Source of the DNA: Octopus bimaculoides
Lineage: Eukaryota
Assembly (NCBI RefSeq): GCF_001194135.2
Contig: NC_068982.1
Coordinates: 89,322,778 to 89,386,777, forward strand
Length of the DNA: 64,000 bases
Direction of reading: 5' to 3'
Positions 12,225 to 25,649 of the stretch are shown here, one piece after another. Under the pieces are notes generated by a model. The model saw only the letters and a list, made by a program, of their open reading frames with translations. It had not been told where the DNA came from and searched no databases. The position numbers were made by a program, and so were the translations under genes. Each line of letters begins with the position of its first letter. Within the stretch, counting starts at the first letter, position 1.

Positions 12225-14200
12225 ATACCGTTTCACCTCTCTGCGCATATGTGTGCTTCTGTCTTTACCTTCAGGTCACTCATCCTCATCCATAGCCACC
12301 AGTCCTCTGTATCTGTCTTCGTGTTCACATTTCTTGCAAACTGACCGTACATTCTTTTCCTTCTATGCTTTTTATTTTTCTATTCATTTCTTCTTTAAAT
12401 TTTTCTTTCGTTACACAAATTTGATGACGCCGGCCTTCTTCGTATGTTTCAACAATGGCTCCACGGTATTTTTATATACCGACCTAAGCTGTTTGCCTCT
12501 GCTTCGATACAGTCCTGGCAACTGATCAAACTTCTTCCACCCTTTCTTCTGGACAAGTACAGCGTATCGGTGTCAAGCTTAGGGTGGAAGGCGACGTGTA
12601 CTGTCAACATTTTTCTGGTCTTGGTATCCATTCTCATCACTTCTCTCTTTTGCCATTTTATAATTCCCGCTCCATACCGAAGTGATGCTATCGCCCACAC
12701 ATTAGCTGCTTGAATTTTATTCCATCCGGTCAATTTTGAGCGCAACACCAACCTTAGTCTTCGGAAATATTCAATCCTCAGGGGCTCTTTCATTTCCTTC
12801 TCCATTATCTCGTTGAACAGCCTTCAGTTTCAATTTGTTTAATCAAGTCTCTATTTGATAATTCTATCCCTGTTAAGGACTGTATTTTGCCTCTTTTTAG
12901 GCAGATTATCCCGCATGTCTTCAGTTCAAATTCCATTCTAATATCAGCACTAAAACAGTGAACCGTGTCCACCAAGGAACTCACTTGTGTCTCATCCTTG
13001 CCATACAGTTTCAAATCATCCATGAAGAGGAGGTGGTTGATTGTTAGGGATTTTCCCTTGAGTTGATACCCCAGGTTCATTTTCCTAAGTACAAAGGTCA
13101 GAGATGTCAAGCAGAGAACAAAAAGCAATGGAGATAAGCTATTACCCTGGTAAATTCCTCTTCTGATACCCAGGGTTCCCAAGCTTTTTCCGTAAGATGT
13201 CAGTTCAGTTTTCCACCTCACCATACTTCTCTTCAGGAAACACATTACATTCCTCGCAATTCCAAACAGATCTAAGCATTCGATGATCCATGAATTTGGA
13301 ATCATATCATAAACTTTGCGATAGTGAATCCAAACCATTCCCAAATGTGCTCTCCTTGCATTACAATCTTGCATTACAATCTTGCATTACCATTTTGTCT
13401 ATCAATAATTGATCTTCGGTACCTCTGCATCTTCTTCTACAGCCTTTTTGTTCTGTCGGCAATATATCGTTCTCATCAAGAAATGTATACAGTTCTTCTG
13501 CAATTCTTCCTGACAGTAACTTCCTTATTAATGGGAGGCAAGAAATTTGCCTGTAATTGTCAGCAACATTTCCCTTTGATGCATCCTTCAGACACAACAC
13601 CGTTCGTCCTTTTGTCAACCAGCCCGGGATTTCTTCTTCTCCATTGATCAATGCATTAAATTGCTCTACGATCAATTTATGGCAACTGCTGAACATTTTT
13701 ATCCAAAATCCCTGTATATCACCAGGTCCTGCTTTCTAATTGCTTATCTTTTTACTCATATTTCTGATATTGTCTTCTGTGAAGTGAACAGCCTCTTGCT
13801 GACGATAAGAAACTATTTGCTTCAGCCTGCAGAACCGTTCAGCTGTAGTATTATGCTGTTCTTGCTTATTCCATATCTTACCCCAGAAACGTCGACTTCA
13901 GCATCAGAGACTAATCTTCCACGCTTTTTATCATCGTCAATCTCTTGATAAAATTTATTTTGATCGGTTCTAAACAATTTGCTTAACCCGTTGCTCAAAC
14001 CTAGTTAGGTTTGCTTTTTTTGTAAGTATGCGCTGCTTCAGTTCTTCAATTACAACATTCAGGCCTAGACCATACTTCTAGACTTCTAGACCATACTTCT
14101 TCCTAACTTTTCCTGACAAGTATTGACACTACACCGTTCAAGGAGTTTATATCTTCTCTTCTGAAATTCTCCTTTTCAACCAAGGTTGTTTATTTCCTCT
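12225..14200 (-). mobile_element. R4/Dong-like (RLE-type) non-LTR retrotransposon, frameshifted RT
   Basis: ORFs 13361-13696, 12805-13374 and 12449-12805: [48 protein letters not shown], all typical of R4-clade RT. Confidence 0.88.
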
Positions 14201-14208
14201 TCTATTTG

Positions 14209-14635
14209 TCGTGGTGAGCTGGCAGAATCGTTAGTGCGTTGGACGAGATGCTTAGCAGTATTTCGCCCGTCGCTACATTCTGAGTTCAAATTCCGCCGAG
14301 GTTGACTTTGCCTTTCATCCTTTCGGGGATCGATAAATTAAGTACCAGCTGCGTACTAGGGTCGATGTGATCGACTGACCCCCTCCCCAGAAAATCTAGG
14401 CATTGTAGCTATAGGAGAAAGGATTTTATTATTATTAAGGCGGTGAGCTGGACAAAATGCTGAGCGACATATTGTTTGTCTTTATGTTCTGAGATCAAAT
14501 TCCGCCGAGGTTGACTTTATCTTTCATTTTTTTCGGGGTCGATAAAATAAGTACCAGTTGATCACCTGCATCGATGTAATCGGCTTGCCCCTTTCCCCGA
14601 AATTGCTAGCCTTGTGCCAAAATATGAAATCATTA
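14209..14635 (+). mobile_element. Two tandem family-A SINEs
   Basis: Two successive GGTGAGCTGG...GAGTTCAAATTCCGCCGAGGTTGACTTT...AAGTACCAG units separated by (ATT)n. Confidence 0.8.
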
Positions 14636-15419
14636 TTACATTATGAATCAATGATTAGAACTGTGAAGTAATTTTCATATCTACTTTCTTTTATATCCTT
14701 GTGGAGTGGTCGGAATCCTTCCACAACACCTTCGTTATAGAATGCGGTTCGCATCTGTGAATTTTTAAAATATATCGTTTTTAAAAGTACTTTTTTTTAA
14801 GAGTTAGTTATTTTATTACATGAAGAGATGCTTTCTAACATTGACACAAGGTTGCAAATTTTGCGAAGACAGCAATTCTTCAACTTTTTCTTTAATATTA
14901 GCGTTCTGTATTGCACTGAATATCGGTCAGATCTTCAGTGGTCCAGATAACAAACACCAGCTTTGTTTCAAGAAAAGGTTGCTAGCCCCTTGCTCACTTC
15001 TTCGCCATTTTTGTGGAAAGGATTACTGTAACTGGTCTACCACGACTCTTCTTACAACACAATGTAGGTGATTTATTGTATTTTTTACCTTTTAAAGATG
15101 GCGAGGAATTTGGCAGTTATTTCTAGCTAGTCAAGCATAGAAACTCCTTTGCTGATTTGTCATCATTGTCTTCATCGTTGTCATCGTCATTGTTGTTTTT
15201 GTTGTAGAGCATACAAGTGACAAGGGACTAAACGGAAAGCAATAATAAAATATATACGCAACACAAATATTTGACAATCATTTCTCATCTTGGCACAGCA
15301 GTAAGATGAGTAAGATATAATAAATTTAATCGAACCTGATTGATTGATACTTATTCGATAACATATAGGTAAAAACCAATGTCTCCTTCAGCGAGGCAAA
15401 CAAATTTATTCGGAAAGTT

Positions 15420-16100
15420 ATCTCAAATGGAAATCACCTGGAAAAGATAAAAACCATATCTTCTGGCTGAGAGCTTCCCTTATTTTCATGGGAAAATAAC
15501 CCACCTTTATAATAGTATTATGCATGACTCCAAGAACAATCTCTGGCAGGTAAAGTGACGCAACTAATAAACCCCCCACCAAAAAAAAATCTACCGACCA
15601 ATTACATTTCTTAATGCCATGTATGAAATAATAATATCCATCAGATATTCTCCAACGAACGATAAATTGGTAAACATGACTCAATAGTTGTAATAATATA
15701 TCTCTTGAGGGATTCCACAACCGACACAATTTTTTTCTATTGCATAGATTGATTACAAAAAAGCGCTTAACAGCCTTTCCCATAGCTGGATTGAGAAAAG
15801 CTTGGAAACATAAAATCGTTCCGGTTATTGATAGTATTACCCTACAAGGGCCAGCGATCCTGATGCTGATACAAATATCAACCATTAGTTGATAGCTGCA
15901 TCTGGATTTAAACTGGAAACAGTGAGCATCAATATAGTAGCTCAGGATCAATGTCTGCCCACCAGAAACTACTAAGCAAGCATTCTTAAAAATGGTGTCG
16001 ATCCTGCTGCCGGTTTGTGGTGCAATCAGAGAAACTTTTGACCACCCCGTCTCAGGATGTTCTATTTTAGCTTCAAATGAATATACTATTCGCCATTATA
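15420..16100 (+). mobile_element. R4/Dong-like fragment (degenerate RT N-terminus joined to zinc-knuckle region)
   Basis: Plus-strand frames give KWKSPGKDK..FWL, YRPITFLNAMY, IDYKKA..SHSWIEK, then ETFDHPVSGCSILASNEYTIRH. Confidence 0.65.
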
Positions 16101-16109
16101 AGAGTTTTT

Positions 16110-16630
16110 CTAACTCTAATGAGGGTCCAAAGATTCTACAATCTGAAGTACATGCAGCCATCAAAATGTTGAGGAATGGTATATTTGTATTGAAAATGAT
16201 GATGGAGCAGGTTCTGGAGATGCGAAAAGACGTCTTCGTGTGTTTCATGGATTACACAAAGGCCTTCAACAAAGTAAGACATGGCATGTTATTTGAAGAA
16301 CTCAGTGACCATCATCTGTATGGGAAAGACCTCCGAATCTTGCAGAGCCTGTACTGGAACCAATCAGTGTGCTTAAAGGTGAATGGAGAATTCAGTTAAT
16401 AAAGTAACGCCAGGAGAGAGATATGAGAAGGATATGTTATGTCACCAGATCTCTTCAATTACTATAGCGAACTGATCATAATAGAACTGGAAAAAGAAAA
16501 AGGCCTTTGGGTAGGAGGTGGGAATATCATAAACATAAGATATGCAGATGACACAGTCTTACTTACAGAATCGGAAAAGGAACTGTAAAGACTTATGGAT
16601 GCAGTGGTCAGATAAAGTGAGAGGAAGGGT
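16110..16630 (+). mobile_element. RTE-clade LINE RT fragment
   Basis: KDVFVCFMDYTKAFNKVRH, GYVMSPDLFNYY, INIRYADDTVLL. Confidence 0.8.
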
Positions 16631-16664
16631 CCGTTCATATATTACATATATATTACATATATAT

Positions 16665-17830
16665 ATGTTTGCTAGAAATGACGAAGAGCTACAGGGCTAC
16701 AGAAAACTGTTAAAGAATTCAGTAATGACATCGGAATGGACTTTGGCCTTGATAAGTGTGCTAAAGCAACTCTTGTAAGAGTCAAGCTCAGGCAAACAGC
16801 TTTCATTAAATTAGATACCGACACTACCATCAAGGAGCTTGACTCACAAGAAAATTACAAATACCTGGGGATAAACAAAGAGATGAGATGGTATACAATA
16901 TGCTACTATGAAGGAAAAAAATAAGAAATGAATATTACAGGAGAATAAGACTCATACTAAAAACTGAACTCAACTCTAAAAATCAGATCGAAGTCATTAA
17001 CACCCTGGCACTTCCAGTAGTCCAATATAGTTTTAACATCATTAACTGGAATCTTACGGAGGTCCAGCATCTGGACAGGAAGGCAAGAAAAATATTAACT
17101 TCTAAGAACATGCACCACCCAAAAGCAGATGTTGGTCGTCTGTACCTACCTAGAAGTAATGAGGGAAGAGAAATGATGCAGGTTGAACTGTGCTATAAGA
17201 CCTTTACAATAGCAATGGATAGGTACTTATCCAGTTCAAAAGACTGGACGCTGCGATTTGTGTGCAAACACGAAAGCGGCAAAAGATCACATTCTATTGT
17301 CAAGGAAGCTTACAAATTCGCAAGAGAGCCTGGCATTAATCCTGAAATATTTGAAGAACCTGAAACCACTGCCAAAAATCAAGCAAAGTGGATCAAGGAG
17401 ACTGCAAAAAAGAACGGGCAGAAGAAAATTGAGGAGTGGTAGCGCCAGAAGCCTCTTCATGGACAGTATATACTTCGAAGTCAAAATGCTGATGTGGATC
17501 AAGCAACAACCCATCAATGGCTGAGAAGTTCAGGACTAAAAAGAGAGACTAAAGGTTTCATATTGGCGGCACAAGATCAAAGTTTGCTCACAAAAAACTA
17601 CTAGGCTAATATTCTTCAAAACGATTCTGACTCTAGATGCAGATTCAGTGACACATTTGACGAAACAATAGACCATCTCGTCTCGGGATGTCCTATGCTG
17701 ACACCAAACGAATACAAAAATCGCCACGGTAGGGTAGGACAGTATTTACACTGGAAAGTATGTAAACACTACAAAATCAGCACTCCTGCTTACTGGTATG
17801 AACATCATCCTGAGCCAGTTGTAGAAGATA
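16665..17830 (+). mobile_element. R4/Dong-like fragment (RT thumb to CCHC knuckle)
   Basis: MDFGLDKCAK, YKYLGI, MHHPKADVGRLYLPR, ETIDHLVSGCPML..EYKNRH..LHWKVC. Confidence 0.82.
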
Positions 17831-18319
17831 AAAATGGTGTGGGGGGAGCAGTATACAGAGTGAAAGTAGCTTGGCCGAACTACAAATTAATTATTGAACC
17901 AGTTTTTTTGACATTGATATAGAGTTCAGTACTCAAATCGTTGTGTAATTTCTGGTAGGCGTTGCTGTACTGAATGACGTACGATAAAAATAATCCAAAT
18001 CACAAAGAAAATGGAGATAATTTATCAGAATTAAGTATTTCATACTTTGTGAAAAGAAATCTGATCTTTGTTAGCCGGAAAGCTGTGACAGATGTATTAC
18101 TAAAAACCCACCTGGCATATTTAAATATCTCTAACTTATTTCCTTTGGTATTTCGTTTATTTAAACATGGCTTCTGGTACATCTAATACACCATAACTCA
18201 TAATTCAAACCTACCATGAAACGTAGATTGGAAATATTGAAGAATAAATACAAATCCAAATTTAAAATCTTGCTTGTAATCCTTTAGTTGCTCGTACAAA
18301 TAAATTAATCTCCTCTGAA

Positions 18320-18702
18320 TGTATATGCTTATGTATGTGTGTATACAAACATGCAACTGTGTATATATCTATGCATGTAAATGTGTATGTACGTACGTAT
18401 GTATGTACGTACGTATGTATGTATGTTTGTATGTATGCATGCAGGCATGTATGCATGTATGTATGTATGTATGCACGTACGTATATATGTATGTACGTAT
18501 GTATGTATGTATGTTTGTATGTATGCATGCATGTATGTATGTATGTATGTATGTATGTATGTATGTATGTATGTATGTATTACACGTATCCATGTATCCA
18601 GGGTCTGCGCCAGGGTTGCTGACTCCCCAGCAAACTAAATTTTGGTGCACTCACAAGTATATGTGTGCATGTGTGTGCGGGTGTGTGTGTTTGTGTGTGT
18701 GA

Positions 18703-18746
<44 letters not shown>

Positions 18747-18760
18747 ATGTATGTGTGCGT
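18320..18760. repeat. (TATG)n/(TG)n compound microsatellite
   Basis: Visible repeats. Confidence 0.93.
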
Positions 18761-18824
18761 GTATATACTCTTCAGAAGGATTAAAGAGTACAAAATAAAT
18801 CGTTTATTACAATTTATGGAATGT

Positions 18825-18940
18825 AAGGAGGCGTGGTTGTGAGGTAAAACGTTTGCTTTCCAGCCACATGGTTCCGGGTCCAGTCCTTCGCACCTTGGGC
18901 AAATGTAGATTTAGTAGGCGGAACCCGAAAAGAGCCTACC

Positions 18941-18987
<47 letters not shown>

Positions 18988-19070
18988 CTGACAACTTGTG
19001 TTGATGCATTTATTTCCCCGTAACTTAGTTGTTCGGCGAAAGAAACCGATAGAATAAGTACCAGGTTTTA
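18825..19070 (+). mobile_element. tRNA-derived SINE, family B (partial)
   Basis: GGCGTGGTTGTG..CCACATGGTTCCGGG head and GTAACTTAG..TTCGGC..GATAGAATAAGTACCAGG body, shared with copies at 23665, 45355, 47250 and 55600. Confidence 0.7.
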
Positions 19071-19849
19071 AAAATAACAGTTACTACTCAAGGTCAAAAA
19101 TCGTGTTGCAAATATTCTGTTCAATAAAATAGATGCGTTTGTTAGTTGCTTAATATTAGCCATTTGAACATGTCCCTTAGTGGCTGACAATATGTGCATC
19201 TTTGATCGTAGGCAGTAGTGGGGGAGCATCATAGCCATGCGTTGAGAGAGAGTCTGAGATTTGAATAAATATCGTAACAAAAGTAAAGTTTAAAGGAAAT
19301 ATTAGCGATTTTTCATATTGGCTAGGGGTGAGCAAAAAGGAAACAATAGTTGCTACCCAAGGACAAAAATCATGTTACACAATGTTATAGTTGTTTACGT
19401 TCCGAAAAGAGACCTTGTGCCTATGGAAAAAACAATTATTGGTATTTTATTTCTACCTAACAATATTATAATGATACTAAACGGACCTGAACGATAGCAA
19501 CTTTAATCAAGCACATTGCCTGTATTATACGTTAAGTTGAATCATACTATAAATGGTCTTTGAATGAGTACCGTAGAAGAGAAATCAAGAGGAATTTTCC
19601 AATATCATTTTCAATGGAAATAATTGAAAACTGGATATATTAAGCGAAGCTTATTAATAAAATAGAAAAGCGTCCAGCATATATTCAACAGAAGAATTTA
19701 CTCTATTCACACATAACATTCAATTGTAGGAACCATTCAAATGACTCACTGAAAAAGACGGTAGATGGGTTGGGAGGGTGAGAATGTGTTATTATGAATA
19801 CATCTTAAGATACCCACCCTCAGGTCTCTATAAAATTTCTTAACCATGT

Positions 19850-19875
19850 CGCATGTATATACATATTATTTGTAC

Positions 19876-19906
<31 letters not shown>

Positions 19907-20480
19907 TGTATGTATGTGCAAGAGTTTGTAATTTCTGCCAATTCTGATGGAATATTTTAATATATGATTATAGATATATATATATATGGATCTAACCATA
20001 CACGGATGTGACTGTGTGTATGTGTATATATGTGTGTGTGTGTGTATGTGTGTGTGTGTGTGTGTGTGCATGTATGTGTGCGTATATATATACATATACA
20101 TATAAAAACATAGGATTATATATATAAATATATACATACATACAATATAAATATATATATATACATATATATGTTTGTATACATGCACATATATATACAT
20201 ATATAAAGAAATAGATATATATTTATGCAAACACAAATGCAGATATGCATATACGTTCATAAACACACATACACACACACACACACACGTGCATTTGTCA
20301 GAGTGTATAACATCAAGATATATGTATTCATATATGTGTGTGTATATACATATGTGTGTGTGTGTGTGTGTGTGTTTATGTATATGTATGTTTATATATA
20401 TATAAATGTATATGGGTGTATATATATATATGTGTGTGTAATTGCGTGTGTGTGTGTAATTGTGTCTTTATGCATATATA
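19850..20480. repeat. Compound (TATG)/(TG)/(TA)/(CA) microsatellite
   Basis: Visible repeats. Confidence 0.9.
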
Positions 20481-20849
20481 AATGTACAAAACTATAAAAA
20501 GAATTAAAGAGAAAGGAAAATATATCCTTGAGTAAGCAAAGTGATGAGAAACTTCTAGGACAAAGTATAAATTGTATGGAGCAAAAAATGTAAAAACTTG
20601 CCATTTTACACAAAATATAATTATATTATATAATATTCCCTGACTAATTTCAATGGTACTGTCGGTGGTTAGATTCACAAAGAAAACTAAGTGGTAGAGA
20701 TTATAACTGGAAGGCTGAATATTACATGTTGAATAGACATAGAGAAAATAGTATTAAATTGTTGTTGCCAGATCGAATCCATTGATGTCGTCAAGTGTGT
20801 TGTTCGGCTTTTTTCTGAAACATTTGTGCCTAGAAGCACACACATGCAC

Positions 20850-20941
20850 ACGCGCGCACGCACGCACACACACACACACACACACACAGAGACTGACAGA
20901 CGGACGGACAGACAGACAGACAGATAGACAGACAGACAGAC

Positions 20942-21004
<63 letters not shown>

Positions 21005-21025
21005 CAGATAGATAGATAGATAGAT
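20850..21025. repeat. (CA)n-(GACA)n-(GATA)n microsatellite
   Basis: Visible repeats. Confidence 0.93.
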
Positions 21026-21344
21026 ATTCCCTTCTCGTTTGTATAGATAAAAGCTTCTAATTTAACGGTTCAGAGTTATCAGTATTTCTTTGGTGTAGGA
21101 GTTTGTCACGATCGTAATGTCTCGAGCAGTTCCATGATTCGATCCCTTAGCTGATTATGTTCAACTTTTTTCCATCTCTGATGTGTTTTACCTGAAATTT
21201 TATGAGCTTTATTTACAGCTTCATTTACAATTAAGCTTCGTAAAAACAGTTTAAAATTTCTCGATGCTTCGAACAAAACAAAACGCACAACACATATACC
21301 CATGCATGCATTCAAACATGAATACTTCAAGCATCCATCAATAT

Positions 21345-21740
21345 ATACTGAGAACATCAAAGAGAAAGGAAATCAAAGAGAAAGAAAATAACTATGGAGA
21401 ACTGCTTCGAAACCTCCAGCTTCTATATCCAGATTACAAATTTACATTATACCAATAATAAGTAGAGCACTTGGTTTTGTAATTGAATACTTAACTGTCA
21501 GTCTGGATAAGCTTGGATTTTCAGAAAAAGAACTTACTCGCACATTACAAATACAAATTGTAAGCGGATCAGTAAAACTATGCAAGACTTTTCTCGGGTT
21601 GAAAATGTGACATTGTTTTCGTTGTCAACATTTCAATGATGGAGATTTGTATCGTTGCTAGAAACTAGTTCCTTCTTCAAAGGAAGAAATTATATAATTA
21701 AAAACAGAAGGTAGTCTCTCATGTCCGAGAAAGACGGTTC
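21345..21740 (+). mobile_element. R4/Dong-like 3' end (RLE C-terminus and 3' UTR)
   Basis: KEKENNYGELLRNLQLLYPDYKF; near-identical to 24784-25176. Confidence 0.75.
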
Positions 21741-21989
21741 ACACATAGATACATTGTTTTAGTTTTACTGTTTTCACTCATAGGACTTGTGTTGAGTCAC
21801 TACTTTCAACGGATTTTAGTTGATCATATCAAATCGTTGTTTTGGGTTTATTTTTCACCCTGATATTTGCTGAACAGTTAATGTTAGAAGGCATAGAGAG
21901 ACACGATATACACGCCAGTTATAAGATGTCTGTAAACACAAATGCGCACCAACATACACAAGTAAACATGGAATGCTTTTAGATTACTC

Positions 21990-22591
21990 TGTGAGAGAAT
22001 TTGGTAGAGAGAAATTGTCTAAAACCATCTTTTGCTTGCTTGTGTATGCTGGTAGAAAAACCTTTTGTATGTGAAAGAAAACGTGTAACTGAATGATTCG
22101 ACGAAATATTGGTGGACTGTAAAAAATAAAACAGCTACCAAGTTAAAACTCGACCGGCCAGATATTGTTGTACGAGTAAACAAAGACAAGATATGTTCTG
22201 TTGTGGAAATTAGCTGCCTTCTCGACACCAATGTGATTAGAAAAATACAAGAGTGAGAGGACGAGAGGACATTTATAGACAATTCATAAGGAGTCTGCAA
22301 ATCTATTACCCAATATACACTTTCTACTTCATACCTATTGTTATTGGAGCAACAGGATGCATACGTACCTGTCTGGATCAAAGTATGGTTGAACTTGGGG
22401 GGGGGGCGTCTAGGGAGAAGACGCAAATCTTTAATTCAAACACTGCAACTGATCACGACATCTCAGGCTATAAAAATCTGCAAGACCTTAAGATTTAAAG
22501 GATGATGGTTAAAACAAGATACTTTCCTTCACAACCTCGCTACTAAGTAGATGGCCAGTCAAAATCTCCTCTATATTAAAGAGAAAGAGAA
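21990..22591 (+). mobile_element. R4/Dong-like RLE endonuclease fragment with 3' UTR
   Basis: RPDIVVRVNKDKICSVVEISC..DTN, then YRQFIRSLQIYYP..FIPIVIGATG (PD..E restriction-like endonuclease motif); ends at (CATA)n. Confidence 0.75.
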
Positions 22592-22609
22592 CATACATAC
22601 ATACATACA

Positions 22610-22639
<30 letters not shown>

Positions 22640-22640
<1 letters not shown>

Positions 22641-23660
22641 GAAACCACCGACTTAGCTGAAAACTCTAGGCTCATCACTTGCCTAAGTACTATGTACAAA
22701 TTGTACATAAGCTGTCTCAACCAGTTCTTCCAAGATCATTGCGATTAGGCCGGTCGATAGAAGTGGGTGTGAGTATGTGCTGAAAAACTTTTGATAAACA
22801 AAGTTGTTCTGCCTGAGGTTAAAAATACCTTGTAGGAGCCTTACAAAATATGGCTTGATTACAGGAAAGTATTTTGCTCTATGCCCTATATATGGCTGCT
22901 GAAGTGTTTTCGTTCGGCAAAAATGCCTATTATCTTAATTGCTATCATTGAGAAGTTCACAAAGGCCAAAGGCCTGGGCAACAATTCTCACTCGTAGAAG
23001 AGAGAGTGCAATGATAGTCTCCAGTGCCATAAATATTTCAAAGGGAATATTCCAAGAAAATAGTTCCTCTGTAATTCTGTTCATTTTGGCGCTAAATCCA
23101 TTATCATTCTTGCTACAAAACTCAAATGGCAACATGCTAGGGTCTGCAACTCATAGAGATATTAATGTAACCCATAGTCTCTTTGTGGATGACCTCAAGA
23201 TTTATGTTTAAAATGTCAACAATGCCAAAAAAAAAAACAGCTGGAATTAATGACATTTATTTCAGCTGACACAGGAATGGAATTTGGTCAAAAGAAATGT
23301 ACATATTCGATTTTGAACGGGGATAACCAGATCCCCACCCCGCCCCCAGACACAAAACCTGTGCATTAATGGTCTCACCATCTTTCCTTCCCACACAAAG
23401 ATTGCTACAAGTATCTAGGCATTGATGAAAGTATATCACACGAAGGTACTGTGAATAAAGATAGAATGACCCAAGAATATTACACCAAACTAAGAAAAAT
23501 ATGGCAGTCGCAACTAACCTATTATAACAAAACAATATACCACAATGCATTTTCAGTACCAGTGCTGATCCCAACATTTGGGATACTTGACTGGTCTGTA
23601 GAAGAAATGCACTCCAAAGACATTAAAACCCATAAGATTTTAACATCAACTGGAAACCTT
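22640..23660 (+). mobile_element. R4/Dong-like RT fragment
   Basis: ENSRLITCLSTMYKL, KGIFQENSSSVILFILALNPL, HSLFVDDLKIY, FSVPVLIPTFGILDW. Confidence 0.8.
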
Positions 23661-23664
23661 TACA

Positions 23665-24055
23665 GGCGCTGGCGTCTCTGTGCGGTAAGAAGTTTGCTTC
23701 CCAACCACATGGTTCCGGATTCACTCCCACTGCGTGATACCTTGGGCAAGTGTCAGATACTATAGCCTCAGGCCGACTAAGGCCTTGTAAGTCGATTTGG
23801 TAGACGGAAACTTAGAGAAGTCCGTCGTATGTGTGTGTGTGTATATGTGTCTTTGTGTCTGTGTTTGCCTCCCCCCACCGCTTGACAACCGATATTTGGA
23901 AGTTTACGACCCCCTAACTTAGCTGTTCGGTAAAAAGGACAGATATAATAAGTACCAGGCTTAAGAAAAGAAAATAAGTACTGGGGTCGATTAGTTCGAC
24001 TAAAATTCCTCAAGGCGATGCCTGAGCATGACCCCAGTCTAATAAAAGATGAAAG
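23665..24055 (+). mobile_element. tRNA-derived SINE, family B
   Basis: GGCGTCTCTGTGCGGTAAG..GGTTCCGGATTCACTCCC head and full family-B body. Confidence 0.8.
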
Positions 24056-24329
24056 AAATAGCGATATCGATAGGCCCTGCCTGAGAAGACATAAAGGAGG
24101 TACAGCCTTAAGAAGAAGTACGTTAGATTAGTACTGAAAAGGGAAGAAAACAATACCCTACGCGTCGGAAGCTAGTTCTTCTGGAAGCACTCTTTTCCTG
24201 ACGACCTTCCATATATCCCCAAATAAACCGGACTAACATGCCTCAAAGACCTGAAGGGAAACGCTCAGCAGCCCCCCCCCCCAAAAAAAAAGTATGTTTC
24301 CCGAAGACCTGAAGAAGACAGTACGATTG

Positions 24330-25176
24330 GCATGAAGGACCCGTGACCGCTACATCACACTCCGAAGGCTATATGTGTGCAACTCAAGAAAGGAGATTTT
24401 TACTAAATAAGTAATAAACAAAAGAAACTCTGACGCTTTTAGAGTTCCAAGATGCAACCGAAAATGTAGATTATGACATATTTCTGTGTGATTAGCAACT
24501 GCCCCAAAATGTCATCAAGGTACTACCTCCCTGCACAACACGATGCTGACGCAATAACAATATACAATGCCATCTAGAAAAAATTACTGTCCTGGAATAA
24601 ATATAGACAAACTATTATTGAATATATACACAAATATCAACACAAGGAATATTAGTGTAACATTCCCATCTAAACATCTGTCAAGTGTAAACATAACAGG
24701 TTGGATATTATTGTTTGGGACAGACAAGAAAAAGCATGTGCCATCATAGAGGTCAGCTGTCCTACTGATGTGAATATCTCTTTGATGATCAAAGGGAAAG
24801 AAAATAACTGTGGACGACTGCTTCAAAACCTCCAGCTTCTATATCCGGATTACAAATTTAAATTTATACTAATAATAATTGGAGCACTTAGTTTTGTAAT
24901 TAAATAGTTAACTGTCAGTCTGGATAAGCTTGGATTTTCAGAAAAAGAACTTACTCGCACATTACAAATACAAATTGTAAGCGGATCAGTAAAACTATGC
25001 AAGACTTTTCTCGGGTTGAAAATGTGACATTGTTTTCGTTGTCTATATTCCAATGATGGAGCTTTGTATCTTTGCTAGAAACCAGTTCCTTCTTCAAAGG
25101 AAGAATTCATATAATTAAAAACAGAAGAGAAACATACATACATGGTAGTCTTTCATGTCCGTGAAAGACGGTTCTT
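24330..25176 (+). mobile_element. R4/Dong-like C-terminus (zinc knuckle, RLE, 3' UTR)
   Basis: EGYMCATQE, ISNCPKMSSRYYLP, DIIVWDRQEKACAIIEVSCPTDVN..KENNCGRLLQNLQLLYPDY. Confidence 0.78.
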
Positions 25177-25649
25177 GCAATTTCTTGCTGAACGACCAAC
25201 AAAAATGAATTATTCATAGTGATAAATTGTTTGTTCTGTACATTAGCTCACTCCCTACAGCAAATTTACACAATCTGTACAGGGGCACAGTGTGCCACGT
25301 GTTAGAGGTTTAAGTGATAGTAGAACAACGAGAGTTAAAGTATTTTACTCAAGAACACAACACACCGCCGGATTCGCGAATCGAACGCACGATTTCGCGA
25401 TCGTAACACCCTAACCACTAGGCCATGCACCCTCATTACATACATGCATACATACATACATACAAACATACATACGTGTATAAATTAATTTTATACTCTA
25501 ATCGCCGAATTGCGACAGGAATATTCAGGCTGTAAGAACATTAGTAAAATTTCAATGCCTTCAGCTTACAAGTAGCTTACCTTCGATGCTGTCGCCAGAA
25601 AATCAACTAGAGTTGATAATAAAAATCTTATCGAAGCATTACAAATTTT

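Noticed and set aside
15418-15951. 177-aa minus-strand ORF
   Set aside because: It is the antisense of a decayed plus-strand R4 RT fragment, with no recognisable motif.
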